A program made the position numbers and the translations under genes. From Azolla caroliniana (lineage: Eukaryota; Plantae; Polypodiophyta): 64,000 bases of DNA. Below are positions 1 to 15,535 of the stretch, one piece after another. The stretch spans positions 806,001 through 870,000 of the forward strand of contig JBHGNT010000012.1 in assembly GCA_043228905.1 (NCBI GenBank), read 5' to 3'. The first letter of the stretch is position 1. Every line of letters begins with the position of its first letter. Below the pieces are notes generated by a model. That model made no database searches. It worked only from the letters and a program-made list of their open reading frames with translations, and was not told the DNA's origin.

Positions 1-39
1 ATGGTATTTCATGATAAATTTTGCACATTGTATTTATAG

Positions 40-2689
<2,650 letters not shown>

Positions 2690-2757
2690 CCACGTTCCTC
2701 TTCATTGAATTAACAATAAATAGCATGCAGCTCTTTGGAATATGCAATTGGGTCATG

Positions 2758-3115
2758 GGTAAGCAGAAGTGCTCAAGAAATACAATAGTGTGAATGTATT
2801 GGTTGGCATCTTAGTTTCAAGGGGTCTATCATTGTTTATTTTGGATTAATCACGACAACAATGCCCAGATGAGCAAAAAGGCCGGATTTAGGAGCTGAAA
2901 TTATGTTAAAAGCAGCACCAGAGGAAAGGCTGCCATAGGTAAGCAGAAAGGCTCAAGAAGATGCAATACAGTGTGAATGTATTGGTTTGTATCTCAGTTT
3001 TGAGGGGCCTATCATTGTTTATTTTTTATTAATTATGACAGCAACGCTCATATGACCAAGAAGACCAGATTTAGGAGCTGAAATTAGGTTAAAAGCAGCA
3101 CCAGAGGAAAGGCTG
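2758..3115 (+). repeat. ~180-bp tandem duplication in helicase 3' region
   Basis: ggtaagcagaa...gatttaggagctgaaatta...agcagcaccagaggaaaggctg at ~2758-2932 and ~2938-3115. Confidence 0.85.
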
Positions 3116-5239
3116 TATAATCAAATGGTATTCAGAGAGATTCTCAATAAAAACTATTGTTAATGGTACCGGCATGTTGATCTCCATTCAGCCATGTGAG
3201 TTGGCAGTGGATAACACTGATGTTTCATATGTGCGATGCATTCCTATATCTCAGTTACATTTTTCCAAACAGATTATTTCAGAATTTGTAATTTAAATTA
3301 ATGTGTGATGCTTATAGTGTTTTTGCTATCTGGTTTGTCTTAATTCAGTACATGGCAAACTCTTTCAGTTGCTCAAATCCAGAATACATCATTTTCTTTG
3401 AAGTGATTAACCTTAGGCACCTGGCATTCCTAATCAATTTTGCCAAAACCTATGTGGGGGTAGGTCAAGTACCAGTCGCTCCTAAACTTGATATCCCTTT
3501 ATAAACAATTTATTGATGTTATGTTGATACGCGACACCTTGTAAATTTTATATACTCAAAACACAGCTAGAGACAAAGGGGTATGTTAAAGAGAATATGT
3601 TATTCCTGTTAACACCTAGATCCACATAAGCTCAGGAAAGATATTGTAGCGCATAGTTGTATGTGGAAAACCATTATCTGATGCTTCAACAATTAGCAAA
3701 CAGACTCTCTCTACCATTCACTAAATATAGATAGGTGCTGGAGAGTCAAATAATATTAAGTATTCTAATGAGAGGCAGTGGTCCCATTGTTGGTATGCAA
3801 AGGCTTAAGTTTGCTTTTTTATTGAAAGGTATTCACAAATAGTCGCCTAAGGGTGTGCAAAAACTTGAAATGTGCTTTAAGTTAATGGAATCGAGAATCA
3901 TATTTTGAGTATGTTCTCAGTTTCACCTATGGGGCAAGTCCCGAGGGATGCAATTTGAAGGACTATAATTATCATATCCTAATAAATTATTACTTAAAAG
4001 GATCTTGCTTGTTATATTTGCAAACCAAGTGCTGTAGTCACAATGTTTATTTGGAGTTTCCAAATGATTCTTAAAAGTCCAACTTGGGTGCATTCTTGAA
4101 TCTCTATTTGTAAGTGTTTGTGTTTTATCATTATGTGTGTCGAGCATGTTGGTTGTTATCATTTGGACCTATTCTCATATAATCAATTTGAGAAGGCCTA
4201 ATTATGAGCATTAACCATTTAGAAATCAACAAAAGAGTTCAATTCAATATCTCATTGCACGGATAAAATCCTTTTTGAGACTTTGTTAGATTCTCTTTGG
4301 TCAAACCCTTTCTCGTTTCAAATTGTTCCATTGCACTGAACAAATGTGAATTGATAGATCCATGGTTGTGAATGCAATAGTTTCACAATCCATTAAAGAA
4401 AGGAAATCAATTCTATGATATGTGGCAAATATAGATAGACCAAAGGAACAACTAGAAACATTAGAATAATGTTTGTGAAATGTTAACAAGGAGAAAATTG
4501 ACTGACAATTGAATGATTTATTGAAATCTGACAATAATTACATAGTAGTAACCATAGCATAACATGGTAGGATGTGACGTCATAACATTCATATCAAGCT
4601 TCAACAATGTTGCATATTAAAGCTTGTTCATTTGTGCATTGTTGAAATCCTGCAATAGTACATATGGTGGTGCTAAGATTCTCTTTTCTTTGAAGTATGT
4701 TCAAGTGTAACTAACCATGGGCAGAAATGTTGGCTTTCTTTATTGAAAAGGTTAGGACTCAATATGGGGGCAAATAGAGTAGCCAAATTATGGAATATCG
4801 TGAGCTCTAACAAGTAAAATGTGGTTGGTTGGTGACTATTGCCTTCATTATGAAGGTGGTGGAATATAGTGAGCTCTAAGAAAAAAGTGAAACGTGGTTG
4901 GCAGTTGCCCACTACCTACATATATGAAGGTTTGCATGTTGTTACATATATGAATCGTTTAGTTAGAACCGAGTAGTTGGATTCTTCTTTGAGTTTGAGC
5001 AATGCATTCACTCAATTGCCTCTTGAAGGGTTTTCTTCACTTTGAATGTGTATATGATCAACACACTTGATTGATCCTCTAAAAACGTTGGATTGTATCA
5101 AAACTCACAGAGTTTTTTTTAAGTCCTTATTCATGTCATAGAATCACTACTTTTCATTTGTTCAAACAACTTAGCGAGATTAAATAAATTGCATCATTTG
5201 AGTGTGTCATTAACCATCAAAGCATTTTTGTTTCCACTA

Positions 5240-5750
5240 TGTTGGTGGACAAAACTTAAGAATGACCTATTGATTATGTTATCGAACAAGATGTTGGGTA
5301 GTTGGTTGAAATATTCATGACGTGGGTTGGTGGAGAGCCTCTCGAATCCTATAAATAAAAGGGTGAGGAGAGCTCATTGTATTGGGGGAAGGTAGAGACA
5401 AGGCGAACGCGTTTCTGAATCATGAGGGAGCTTAGGGTTGCAAATCAAGAGGGCATGTGAGATCAATGATGACAAAAGGCGATGTGGTCGTCATTTGTTG
5501 AGACGTTGTACCAAAACTCAAGGATCTCCCCTTGAAGCTCTACTCGAGATATTATCTTTTCCATATACTTCTATCTTTCTATCCATCATTCAATCTCATG
5601 ATCACTCTATGTAATGGTGCCTGAGATTTTTGTTGTACTTGCACTCCCTCATAAACATACTAATGCTCACAAATTTTAATATAATATATATTTCTCTTAT
5701 TTTTTGCAAATCCTTGTTGTGGACCTAGTACACAGGCTTTGGCATGAGGA
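5240..5750 (+). mobile_element. Possible old LTR remnant
   Basis: Starts tgttgg, has cctataaata (~5348) followed by a purine-rich tract, and ends near tggcatgagga (PBS-like, degenerate). No TSD found. Confidence 0.3.
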
Positions 5751-6840
5751 TTGTGCCAGAACATTGTGCTTAGAATTCTGAGCTCAAGAGACCAAGTTAC
5801 ATGAATTTTGATGAATTGGCGTGTAAGGAATCATTGAACTATCTCACTGTGAAACTCGTTACATTAGTATGAAGGTTTCATCACAAGGACTGCGATAGAT
5901 TTTGATGTAGACCTTCGAGCGTGAAGAAGAGTCCTACTATAATATTTTCAAACGATGGGAGTTGAACCCACCACTCCTATTTGAACTGACGTCTAGTTTG
6001 TCAAACGGTACCCGAGGATTAGCCAAAAATGATTAAAACTGCTCTAAATTTCCTTTAATTACCTTTCGTGCCCCAACTCAAAAGGCTACCAAAAGTAATT
6101 AAAGGGGTGTGAAAGGTAAAAGGCCCCTCTTTGACCAAGCCTTCAAGTTGAACGTTGTTATTTTCAATCGCCCTCACTCTCCTCCACCTAGTTGCTACTG
6201 TTGTTGGTATTACCGCATCATTGCACATTATCAGTCATTGTCTGTCATGGGTGACATTTGATGATGTCATCTAACACTAAAAGAGAATATATATATATAT
6301 ATATAAATAATGAGTAAACAAAATAAACTAATTAATAAGAATAATATTTACAATAACAATTGAATTAATAATAATAATAATAATAATAGAAAAACAATAT
6401 CAGTCATAATAATATTCATAAACCTAGATTAAAATATTTATTTATTAATAATATTAGAAATAACAATAATAATAGTTATTAATAAACAAGATAATACTTA
6501 TCAATGTTTTCGTTGTTTTGGATTTGGACATTTCGCAAAAAAAGACAAATGCTCAACCCGGATTCTTCCTCACAAAAGACAGACTTGTCCTTCCCGAGGT
6601 TGATAGTAGGCCAACCACCCTTGAAAATTGTGGAGAATCAACAGTTGTCTACATCTCTTAATCTGGCTTTTTTTGAAGAATCAAAAGAAAAGATTGTTTC
6701 CACTCAACATATAATGGATGTGGAAATGCCTCAAAGTGTCACGAGAATTGAAGCAAACCAACAATTTAGTTTTGAAAAGACAAGCGAGAGCTGAGGAGGG
6801 TGATCAGAAAGGCCGTCAGCATGCTCTTCTTGAGAAAAGG

Positions 6841-7258
6841 TGTTGAGCGGCAAGCTCAACCGGAGCCGGATCGGCTGAATAAGCCTGAGTCGGTAAGCGA
6901 GATGAATCGGTATGCCGGTGAGCAACCGCGCCGGTAAGTAGTAAGGACCGGTGAGCTGCGGAGCCGGTATGCCGGATCCAATCCGTAACCGGAAGCCTAG
7001 TATAGGTTAGACTACTAGGCAGTTATAGTCTCGTAATTAGTGTCAGATGCTCGTGTAAGCATTGAAGTACACCGTACTTCTAATAGTCCCGTGTGGACTT
7101 GTATAAATAGCGCTGATGAGCGCGTTGTAGATACAGAGCATAGAGTATTCATATAATTTTGAAAAATAGTGTGTTTTGCTATCTCTCTGTCTCTCCCACG
7201 TACTCTCTCTCTCTCTGTGTATTGTTCTTTCTAACGCTTCCGCAAGAAATCTTTCACA
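6841..7258 (+). repeat. 5' LTR of copia A (418 bp)
   Basis: tgttgagcgg...ctttcaca; matches 23916-24958 once the insertion is removed. Confidence 0.95.
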
Positions 7259-10057
7259 TGGTATCAGAGCGCGTGGGTTGAGAACCTCTGCTGCAGACAT
7301 CTACGCTTGTGAAGGAAACCCTAACAGATCGGAAAACAAACACAAAAGGAGAAATGGACAGAGGTATGGCTACATCGCTCCCGGTGGAGAAGCTCGACAG
7401 AACCAACTACGCATCTTGGTCATACAAGATGCACCGGTACTTGCTTGGGCATGGCTACTTGAGTTATGTCGACGGAGTGAACGACTCAGCACCGGAGATG
7501 ACACACAAGCACTTCCTAGTGTGGGAACAGGCGGCGAGCAGGGTGATGTATTGCTTCGCGTCCAGTGTCGGTGACCAGCTGCTCAGCCATATCCGGGACG
7601 CCAAGACACCGAAGGATGCTTGGGGGAACTTGAGAAAGGTTTTCGCCGCAAGCACCACTGCCCGGAAGCTGCAACTCAGACATGAGATGAGCAATGTTCG
7701 ACAGAAGAACATGTCGGTGGCAGATTACATAGACCGGATCAAAGGGATCTGTGACTCGCTTGCCTCTATTAACGTCACCGTAAAGGAAGACGAGATGGTG
7801 CAGGTCTGTCTTGGAGGCTTGGCGTCCATGTTCGGAGCTTTCCAGACTGCGGTTTGTACAAGGGAGAATACGCCCTCATTTTTCGACTTACAGTCGATGC
7901 TCCTTGTAGAGGAGAACCACGCCGGTGCATCCCCAGACAGTCGGATGTTGTACACGGGAGCGGATCAGTCCCGCGGGCGTGGTGGACGAGGCAGGTCGGC
8001 ACGCAATGGAGGCGGCCGACAAGAGCAGGAACGAAGGCACAGTGAGCGTGCCGACAGCAGTTTCGGGACTCAAGGTGGTGCCGGAAGCCGGCAAGACAAA
8101 TCCACTATGGAATGCTGGTACTGTGGCAAAAGGGCCATAGAGAAAGCGAGTGCTGGAGAAAGCGTGCAAATCCGAACAAATCTGGATCCGGCAAGACCGG
8201 TAAGGAAGGTCGGCAAAGCTCGCACTACGCATACGGATTGGGAGGATCCAAGAATGGTAAGGGGCCAGCCTTGGTGATGAAGCACAAGGCAAACTCAATG
8301 AAGAAGACCACTTCCAAATCGGAGGAAGTGTGGTACGTTGACTGCGGCGCATCGAACCACATGACGAGCCATGGGTAGTGGTTCTCCTTTTCGGAGAAGC
8401 CGGATCAACCGGGAGTTGTCGAAACTGGAGACTTCACTCCCCACCCGATCGTGCACGTCGAAGAAGTCCCTTTGAGCCACGTCGGACAGAGGGGGAAGTT
8501 GATGAATGTATTACATCTTCTGACGATCACAAAGAACCTTGTGTCGATCGGACAGATCGTCGACCAGGGGATGCAGGTGCGGTTTACGCACTTCGGGTGC
8601 TTCATTGAGGATGAGGGCGAAGTTATTGCGCAAGGGCGCAGATATGGGAGGATGTTTATCCTCAACACCAATGACGTCGGCACTGCACTGTTCGCCAAAG
8701 GACAGAAGGTCGAGTCGGATATCGACCTGTGGCACAAGCGGATCGGCCACGTGAACTACCGGAGGCTTCAAGACCTCCAAGCGGAACAAGTCTTTTTCGG
8801 TTTGCCGAAGTTTAGCGGCCGGAGAGCCCAGATTTGTGAAGCCTGCCAACTCGGGAAGCAACACCGGCCTTCATTCCCCACCGAAAGAAATCGAAGCCGT
8901 AACAAGCTTGATCTTATCCATTCGGATGTGTGGGGACCGGCACAAAATGTTAGCATTGGCGGGAGTCGATATTTCGTCTCCTTCATCGACGACTACACGC
9001 GGCATACGTGGATCTACCTCATTGAGCGGAAGAGCGAAGTCTTCGAGTGTTTCTGGAGCCTCCAGAAGATGGTGGAACGGGAATCGGAGAGGAAGATCAA
9101 ATGGCTACAGTCGAATGGTGGAAAAGAGTACTTTTCCGGCCAATTCAACAACTATCTGCAACAAAAAGGAATTCGGCGAGAATTCAACTGCAGATACACA
9201 CCGCAACAGAACGGTGTGGCCAAAAGGAAGAATCAGTCGCTGATTGACGCGGCTAGGGCAATGCCGGAGGAAAAGAGCATGCCCAAGTTCTACTAGGCGG
9301 AGGCGGTCCAAATGGCCATTTACATACAGAACCGGATCAGTGACAAGGTGTCAGCTCACGAGTTGTATTTCGGGCGAAAGCCGAATTTGAGACACCTCCG
9401 GATATTCGGCAGCATAGCCTATGTACATGTGTCGGATGAGAAGCGGAGAAAGTTGGATGCAAAATCGGAAAAATGCATCCTAGTCGGCTAGGCTCAAGAG
9501 CAAAAGGGGTATAAGTGTTATAACCCCCGGACGAAGCAGGTCCGAGTCAGCCGAGATGTCGAGTTTGATGAATCGGCATTGTGGTATTCCTTACCGACTC
9601 CAACTTCTGATCCTGATCCGATGTCGGAGGATGGGGCTAGTGAGTCCGAACCGGCCCAAGTAGAGGAAGATGAAGCCGGGACTCAAGATGAGAGTCTGGA
9701 ATCGTTCCGGTTAAGCAGACTGAATGAGAGACTGGATTAGTCCAACCAGTCGGATGATGAGACGACGAGTAGTGGAGACTCTGTCGTGCTCTCCCCGCAC
9801 AAGGAATCGAGGAGACGGTTCACATGCAAAGAGAAAGGGAAGCAGAAGATGCCAGAATTCGAGACTGGCAATGATGGGTCGGATCGGTGCGTATCTGACT
9901 TCAGCCAGGATATAGGCAGATCTTCGGGAACGAAGAGCGAACTGGCCAAGAAGGGTCTCATATCGGGTAACGGTGAGTTACGCCGGTCCACCCGCCCGAA
10001 GGATCCCGTTAAACGGTACGGGTATAACGAGTACATGGCGCATCATTATGTGTACAT

Positions 10058-13000
10058 TGTCGAATACAAGTGTATAATGGACGTATTCACACTATCCTTT
10101 TGGGCCATTTGTGTAATTAGCATAAATGGTAGTTGCCCTAAGTCGGTCACTATATATAGTGACCTTGTAACCTCTTTGTAAGGTTGGTTGTTGTATTTTT
10201 GCTTTATGAAATAAAGAGTCTTTTGTGTCTCTCTCTCTCTCTCTCTCTATGCAACGACCTAGAAACTGTCATACGCAGGTACAGAAAAGAATCGAATGCT
10301 TCTTGATCTTCCGCATAGACGACCTCGTCCCCAACATCTGGTATCAGAGCCTGCACAACATTCGGTCCTTCAATCCGCTGTCGGCCGTCGTCTCAGCCTG
10401 CACAACATTCGGTTTCTTGCGCCATTCGAAGAAGAGAGAAGAAGAAAAACGAGGCTTGCATCTCATCGCGTTAGATCATCTTCGCTTGGAGTAAGCCAGC
10501 CGGTTGTACTCTGTTCCTTGTGATCGTAACCGCTCGAGGTGAAATCCCCTTGTGCAACATTGACACGATCGTGCTCCACTCGGTTAAACGGCATCCGAAG
10601 AGGTCATCAAACGCTGCTCGCCGCTCATTGTAACCACTCGGTGCAGATCGGTCTCAAGAAAACAACCCAAATTCGTGCTTCATCCGGCTGATCGACATTC
10701 GGGAGGATCAGTTGGATCCGTCTCTCTCGTCGCTGCAGTCAACCGAAGCAGAATCGGTCCAAATAATCGGTTTCAATAATCGGTATTCGGCATATATATT
10801 CGGAAGCGAACCGGGCTCACTCCGACTCGGCAACATTCGGGAAGACCAGTCGGTTCTGTCCCTCAAGTTATCGGAGTCAATTCGAGCAAGTTCAACAATA
10901 CATATATCCGAAGCCGAACCGACTCGGGTCCAAATCCGACTAGAACGATATCGGGTGAGCCAACCGGCTGCACTCCAACAAGGTTCGTAGTCAACTCCGA
11001 ACCGAGCTTCGTTAACCGAAACCAAATTTGATGGCATCAACATCCGGCTCGTCAGAAATGAGTCTACGAAAGTTCGATGGATCGAACTTCAACTTCTGGA
11101 AGGAGCAAATGCAGGACTATCTCATAGTCAAGGGGCAAATCGATCCCATCGAAAATGAAGAACCTCCAGAAGGATACAAACCAATTGAGTGGCAGAAGCT
11201 GGACAGAATCGTCCGCGCCACGATTCGGATGCACCTATCGGAATCGGTATACTTTACGGTGCAATCGTGTACGACAGCATTCGAACTGTGGAAAACACTG
11301 TCGGACACTTACGAAAAGAAGGTCGCCGCAACGAAGATGTTTCTGATCCGGCGCCTCTACAACTTGCGGATGAAAGAATCCGATTCGGTTCAAGCACACC
11401 TTAATGAGTACGAAAGCATAAGCTCCCAAATCTCGTCACAGGGGACGGCAATCGAGGATGAACTCAGAGCAATGATACTCATGAGTAGCCTTCCCTCATC
11501 ATGGGAAACTTTCGTCACAACCGTGTGCAACGCGTCAACCACGGCTGTCAAATACTCCGAAGTCACAAGCGCAATCCTGACCGAAGCAGCTCGGAGAAAG
11601 TCTTTCGCCAAAGACTCAACAGACGACGCTTATGTAGTACAAGGTTCGACAGACCGATCGAACATACGAGGAAGAGATTCCTCACGACCGCCGAACAATC
11701 AGCGAAGACGGAGCCAGTCACGGGATAACCGAATCTGCAACTACTGCAAGAAACCCGGACACATCAAAGCCGACTGCCGCGCACTCAAGAACAAGAACGA
11801 CAAGTCTCAGAAATCAGACAAGAAGAGTGGCCGGCATGAGGAGATCAATTACGTCAGCTTCTCAGCTGATGTGCTACCTGACGACCCGAATATACTATCA
11901 ATCGAAAATCCAGTCGGATCAGAAGTTCTGCTCACGACTGAAGAATCGAGCACATGGCTCTTAGATTCGGGCGCGTCATTTCACGTGACTCCTCATCGAT
12001 CCCAATTTCGGCAATATACGACCCGTCACTCCGACTCAGTTCGAGTCGGCAACTCACAACACTGTGACATCATCGGAATCGGCACAGTAGAGCTCAACCT
12101 TGCAGGTGGCTCTACACTTGTACTTCACAATGTCCGACATGTACCCGAGCTCTCAAGGCCATTGATCTCAGTCGGACAACTAGATGAAGACGGCATTCGT
12201 GCCGGTTTTTCTTCGGGAGGGTGGACACTCCACAGGGGGAACCTCCTGCTTGCTAGAGGACCCAAGATACACTCACTGTATCCGTTACATGTTACGCTCA
12301 GAGAGGGTAACCTGTTTTTGGTGGATATTCCTGTGTCATCACTATGGCACCGAAGACTGGGACACCTCAGCAAGGCCGGCATTACGCATCTATCTAGAGC
12401 CGGATACATCCCCAAACTCTCCTTCTCCGACCATCAATTCTGCGAGCATTGTCAGTATGGCAAACAAGCAGCCGCATCACACCCGACATCAGCACCAAGA
12501 GAAACGAGACCTCTCGATTTAGTCCATTCGGACGTCTGTGGCCCAATGCCGCATCAGTCTCTAGGCGGTGCCTCTTACTTCGTCACTTTTATTGACGATT
12601 CGACTCGAAAGGTGTGGGCTTATCCGATTCGCACCAAAGATCGGGTCTTCTCGATCTTCTCAGACTGGCTCGCTATGGTAGAAAATCAAACCGACCGAAA
12701 ACTGAAATGCTTTCGGACCGACAATGGGGGAGAGTTCAAATCAGAAGAATTCGTCAAATTCTGCCGACAACGCGGCATCCGACGTGAATTTACGGCACCA
12801 CACAGCCCGGAGCAAAACGGGATTGCCGAACGCATGAATCGGACAATCCAAGAACGGATAGTTTCCATGCTCCAACACTCCGGACTGTCGGATGGCTTCT
12901 GGGCAGAGGCTCTACTCACGGCAGTACACATAATCAATATGTCGCCAAGTAGACCTCTAGGACTTCAAATTCCTCAGGAACTATGGATCGGCAGTAAGCC

Positions 13001-15535
13001 GAATTACGACAAGCTGAGGATCTTCGGATGCGAGGCGTACGTCCTTATTCCGAAAGATGATCGCCGAAAACTTGCACCTCGGTCCAGGAAATGCATTTTC
13101 CTCGGATATGGATCAGACGGCGAAATGGGATACCGACTCTGGGACCCCGAACGCAGACAAATCGTTCGAAGTTCGGACGTTGTGTTCAACGAGTCGGCTA
13201 TGAATCCATCAGTCGAAAAACCGATCGAAGTCCGAAGGGTAACATTTTCCGATGTGCCGACCCTTCAAGAAGGCCCCGCTCTTAACACACGGTCAGCTTC
13301 ACGGGTAGCTGAACCTTACACTACCGAATCGGACAACTCCGACTCGGCACCGCAGAACAATCCGCTTTCGGACCATCCGACCTTGATACCCGATGCGACC
13401 AGTCCAATCATACCTCGACGATCCGAGAGACTGTCGCAACCTCCGGAGAGGTATTCTCCTGGAATTTTCTTCACCGACGCCAGCGAACTGACGTCTTACG
13501 AAGAAGCATCGACATCTGTCGATTCAGCCACCTGGCATCTGGCGATGGAGTCGGAAATGCACTCCATTCGGGCAAACAAGACTTGGGATCTGGTCGAATT
13601 ACCTAGGAACCGACGTGCTCTTCCTTGCAAGTGGGTTTATCGACTAAAAGAGACGTCTGATTCGACCACCCCAAAGTACAAGGCCAGATTAGTTGCGAAG
13701 GGCTTCCGACAAGAATATGGCGTCGACTTCGACGAGATTTTTTCACCAGTGGTGAAAATGACAACCCTTCGTTTTCTACTCGGCGTAGTGGCAGCCGACA
13801 ACTTGGAGCTGATTCAGCTAGATGTCAAAACAGCCTTCCTCCATGGTGATCTCGAGGAGGAAATTTATATGGAGCAGCCAAAAGGCTTCGTGGCAACTGG
13901 CCAAGAACATCTAGTCTGCCGACTCAGGAAGAGTCTATACGGCCTCAAACAGGCACCGCGACAATGGTACAAGAGGTTCGACGACTTCATCCAATCGATC
14001 GGCTTCTCAAAAAGCGATGAGGACCATTGTCTTTTTACCAACACAGCTCAAGATGGATCACCCATCTTCCTCATCATCTACGTGGACGACATGCTAATTT
14101 CTGGACGCCACGCGGGCGAACTTGCCGATCTCATTCGGCAACTGCGGTTGAAGTTTGCCATGAAGGACCTCGGTCCGGCACGACACATACTCGGCATGAA
14201 GATTAGTCGGCATCGCGATAAACGACATCTTTTTTTGTCTCAGACCGACTATATCCGACGTATCTTGGAACGCTTCAACATGCAATCAGCCAAATCTGCT
14301 TCAACCCCGCTCCCAATGAATCTTCGGCTCTCTCAGCGAGACTGCCCGACATCCGGCCCGGAGGGGGAAGATATGAAGTCGGTACCGTATGCACCGGCAG
14401 TCGGCTCCCTTATGTACCTGATGGTCGCGACACGGCCTGATATTTCTCATGCTGTAGGAGTCGTTAGCAGATTTATGCACAATCCTGGCCGATCGCATTG
14501 GAACGCAGTCAAGCATGTGTTCAGATATCTGGCTGGCACAAAAGACCATGGCATTCTTTTCGGTCCGAACCGAACCTCAGGCGTAGTCGGTTACACCGAC
14601 TCGGATTTTGCCGGCTGTATAGATAGTCGGAAATCAACAACCGGATACTGCTTCAAATTCGGCAATGGAGCAATCTCGTGGAAGTCGAAACTTCAGGAGT
14701 GCACAGCGACCTCAACGACCGAAGCAGAATATGTAGCTGCGTCCGACGCAGCAAAAGAAGCTTTGTGGCTCGGTCGGCTGGCGCACACGTTTCGACAAGT
14801 CGACCATGACTCGGCTCCAGTTGTCTACAGCGACAGTCAAGGTGCTGTTGCCTTGTCGAAAAATCCGGTTCACCACAACGCCTCCAAACATATCGACGTT
14901 CGATATCACTTCGTTCGGGACTGCGTCATTTCAGGGAAAATCGGTCTAGAGAAAATATCCACAACCGACAATGTCGCAGATGGAATGACCAAGTGTCTTT
15001 CGGCAGACCGTTTTCGGACTCTTCGGCATCAGATGGGCGTAACGACAAACCAGTCCGGTTAGAGCCGGACACAGAGCAGGATGGTTCCCGACAACCGACA
15101 TCAGTTCCTTAATGATCGGCTTCAACTGTTCCGACCCGACCAGTTCGGTCTTCTGCCTTCGGACCCTGCCGACTCGAACAAAAACTGATATGTCCGAGAA
15201 CCTAGGCTTATACCTGTAATCTTAGATAACCCATGTATACGCCCATTACGGGGGAGTGTCGAATACAAGTGTATAATGGACGTATTCACACTATCCTTTT
15301 GGGCCATTTGTGTAATTAGCATAAATGGTAGTTGCCCTAAGTCGGTCACTATATATAGTGACCTTGTAACCTCTTTGTAAGGTTGGTTGTTGTATTTTTG
15401 CTTTATGAAATAAAGAGTCTTTTGTGTCTCTCTCTCTCTCTCTCTCTGTGCAACGACCTAGAAACTGTCATACGCAGGTACAGAAAAGAATCGAATGCTT
15501 CTTGATCTTCCGCATAGACGACCTCGTCCCCAACA
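10058..15535 (+). mobile_element. Ty1/copia LTR retrotransposon B (intact, Tork/Tnt1-like), nested in copia A
   Basis: 279-bp LTRs 10058-10336 and 15257-15535 differing at one base that I can see (ctctAtgc/ctctGtgc); PBS 10339-10350; PPT GGGGGAG ending 15256; perfect TSD TACAT at 10053-10057 and 15536-15540. Confidence 0.98.
11031..15062 (+). CDS. Copia B gag-pol polyprotein (~1343 aa, uninterrupted)
   Basis: CNYCKKPGHIKADC, WLLDSGAS, HHCC plus DDE integrase (HSDVCGP, RTDNGGEF, AERMN), RT (LDVKTAFLHG, YVDD), RNase H (YTDSDFAG, EAEY, SKHIDVRYH). Confidence 0.97.
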   Translation: MASTSGSSEMSLRKFDGSNFNFWKEQMQDYLIVKGQIDPIENEEPPEGYKPIEWQKLDRIVRATIRMHLSESVYFTVQSCTTAFELWKTLSDTYEKKVAATKMFLIRRLYNLRMKESDSVQAHLNEYESISSQISSQGTAIEDELRAMILMSSLPSSWETFVTTVCNASTTAVKYSEVTSAILTEAARRKSFAKDSTDDAYVVQGSTDRSNIRGRDSSRPPNNQRRRSQSRDNRICNYCKKPGHIKADCRALKNKNDKSQKSDKKSGRHEEINYVSFSADVLPDDPNILSIENPVGSEVLLTTEESSTWLLDSGASFHVTPHRSQFRQYTTRHSDSVRVGNSQHCDIIGIGTVELNLAGGSTLVLHNVRHVPELSRPLISVGQLDEDGIRAGFSSGGWTLHRGNLLLARGPKIHSLYPLHVTLREGNLFLVDIPVSSLWHRRLGHLSKAGITHLSRAGYIPKLSFSDHQFCEHCQYGKQAAASHPTSAPRETRPLDLVHSDVCGPMPHQSLGGASYFVTFIDDSTRKVWAYPIRTKDRVFSIFSDWLAMVENQTDRKLKCFRTDNGGEFKSEEFVKFCRQRGIRREFTAPHSPEQNGIAERMNRTIQERIVSMLQHSGLSDGFWAEALLTAVHIINMSPSRPLGLQIPQELWIGSKPNYDKLRIFGCEAYVLIPKDDRRKLAPRSRKCIFLGYGSDGEMGYRLWDPERRQIVRSSDVVFNESAMNPSVEKPIEVRRVTFSDVPTLQEGPALNTRSASRVAEPYTTESDNSDSAPQNNPLSDHPTLIPDATSPIIPRRSERLSQPPERYSPGIFFTDASELTSYEEASTSVDSATWHLAMESEMHSIRANKTWDLVELPRNRRALPCKWVYRLKETSDSTTPKYKARLVAKGFRQEYGVDFDEIFSPVVKMTTLRFLLGVVAADNLELIQLDVKTAFLHGDLEEEIYMEQPKGFVATGQEHLVCRLRKSLYGLKQAPRQWYKRFDDFIQSIGFSKSDEDHCLFTNTAQDGSPIFLIIYVDDMLISGRHAGELADLIRQLRLKFAMKDLGPARHILGMKISRHRDKRHLFLSQTDYIRRILERFNMQSAKSASTPLPMNLRLSQRDCPTSGPEGEDMKSVPYAPAVGSLMYLMVATRPDISHAVGVVSRFMHNPGRSHWNAVKHVFRYLAGTKDHGILFGPNRTSGVVGYTDSDFAGCIDSRKSTTGYCFKFGNGAISWKSKLQECTATSTTEAEYVAASDAAKEALWLGRLAHTFRQVDHDSAPVVYSDSQGAVALSKNPVHHNASKHIDVRYHFVRDCVISGKIGLEKISTTDNVADGMTKCLSADRFRTLRHQMGVTTNQSG

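Noticed and set aside
3500-5200. Short ORFs / possible old LINE 3' end
   Set aside because: Only faint Trp-motif resemblance; too degraded to call.
7464-15349. Many overlapping and antisense ORFs within the copia elements
   Set aside because: Shadow frames of GC-rich gag-pol with no recognisable domains.
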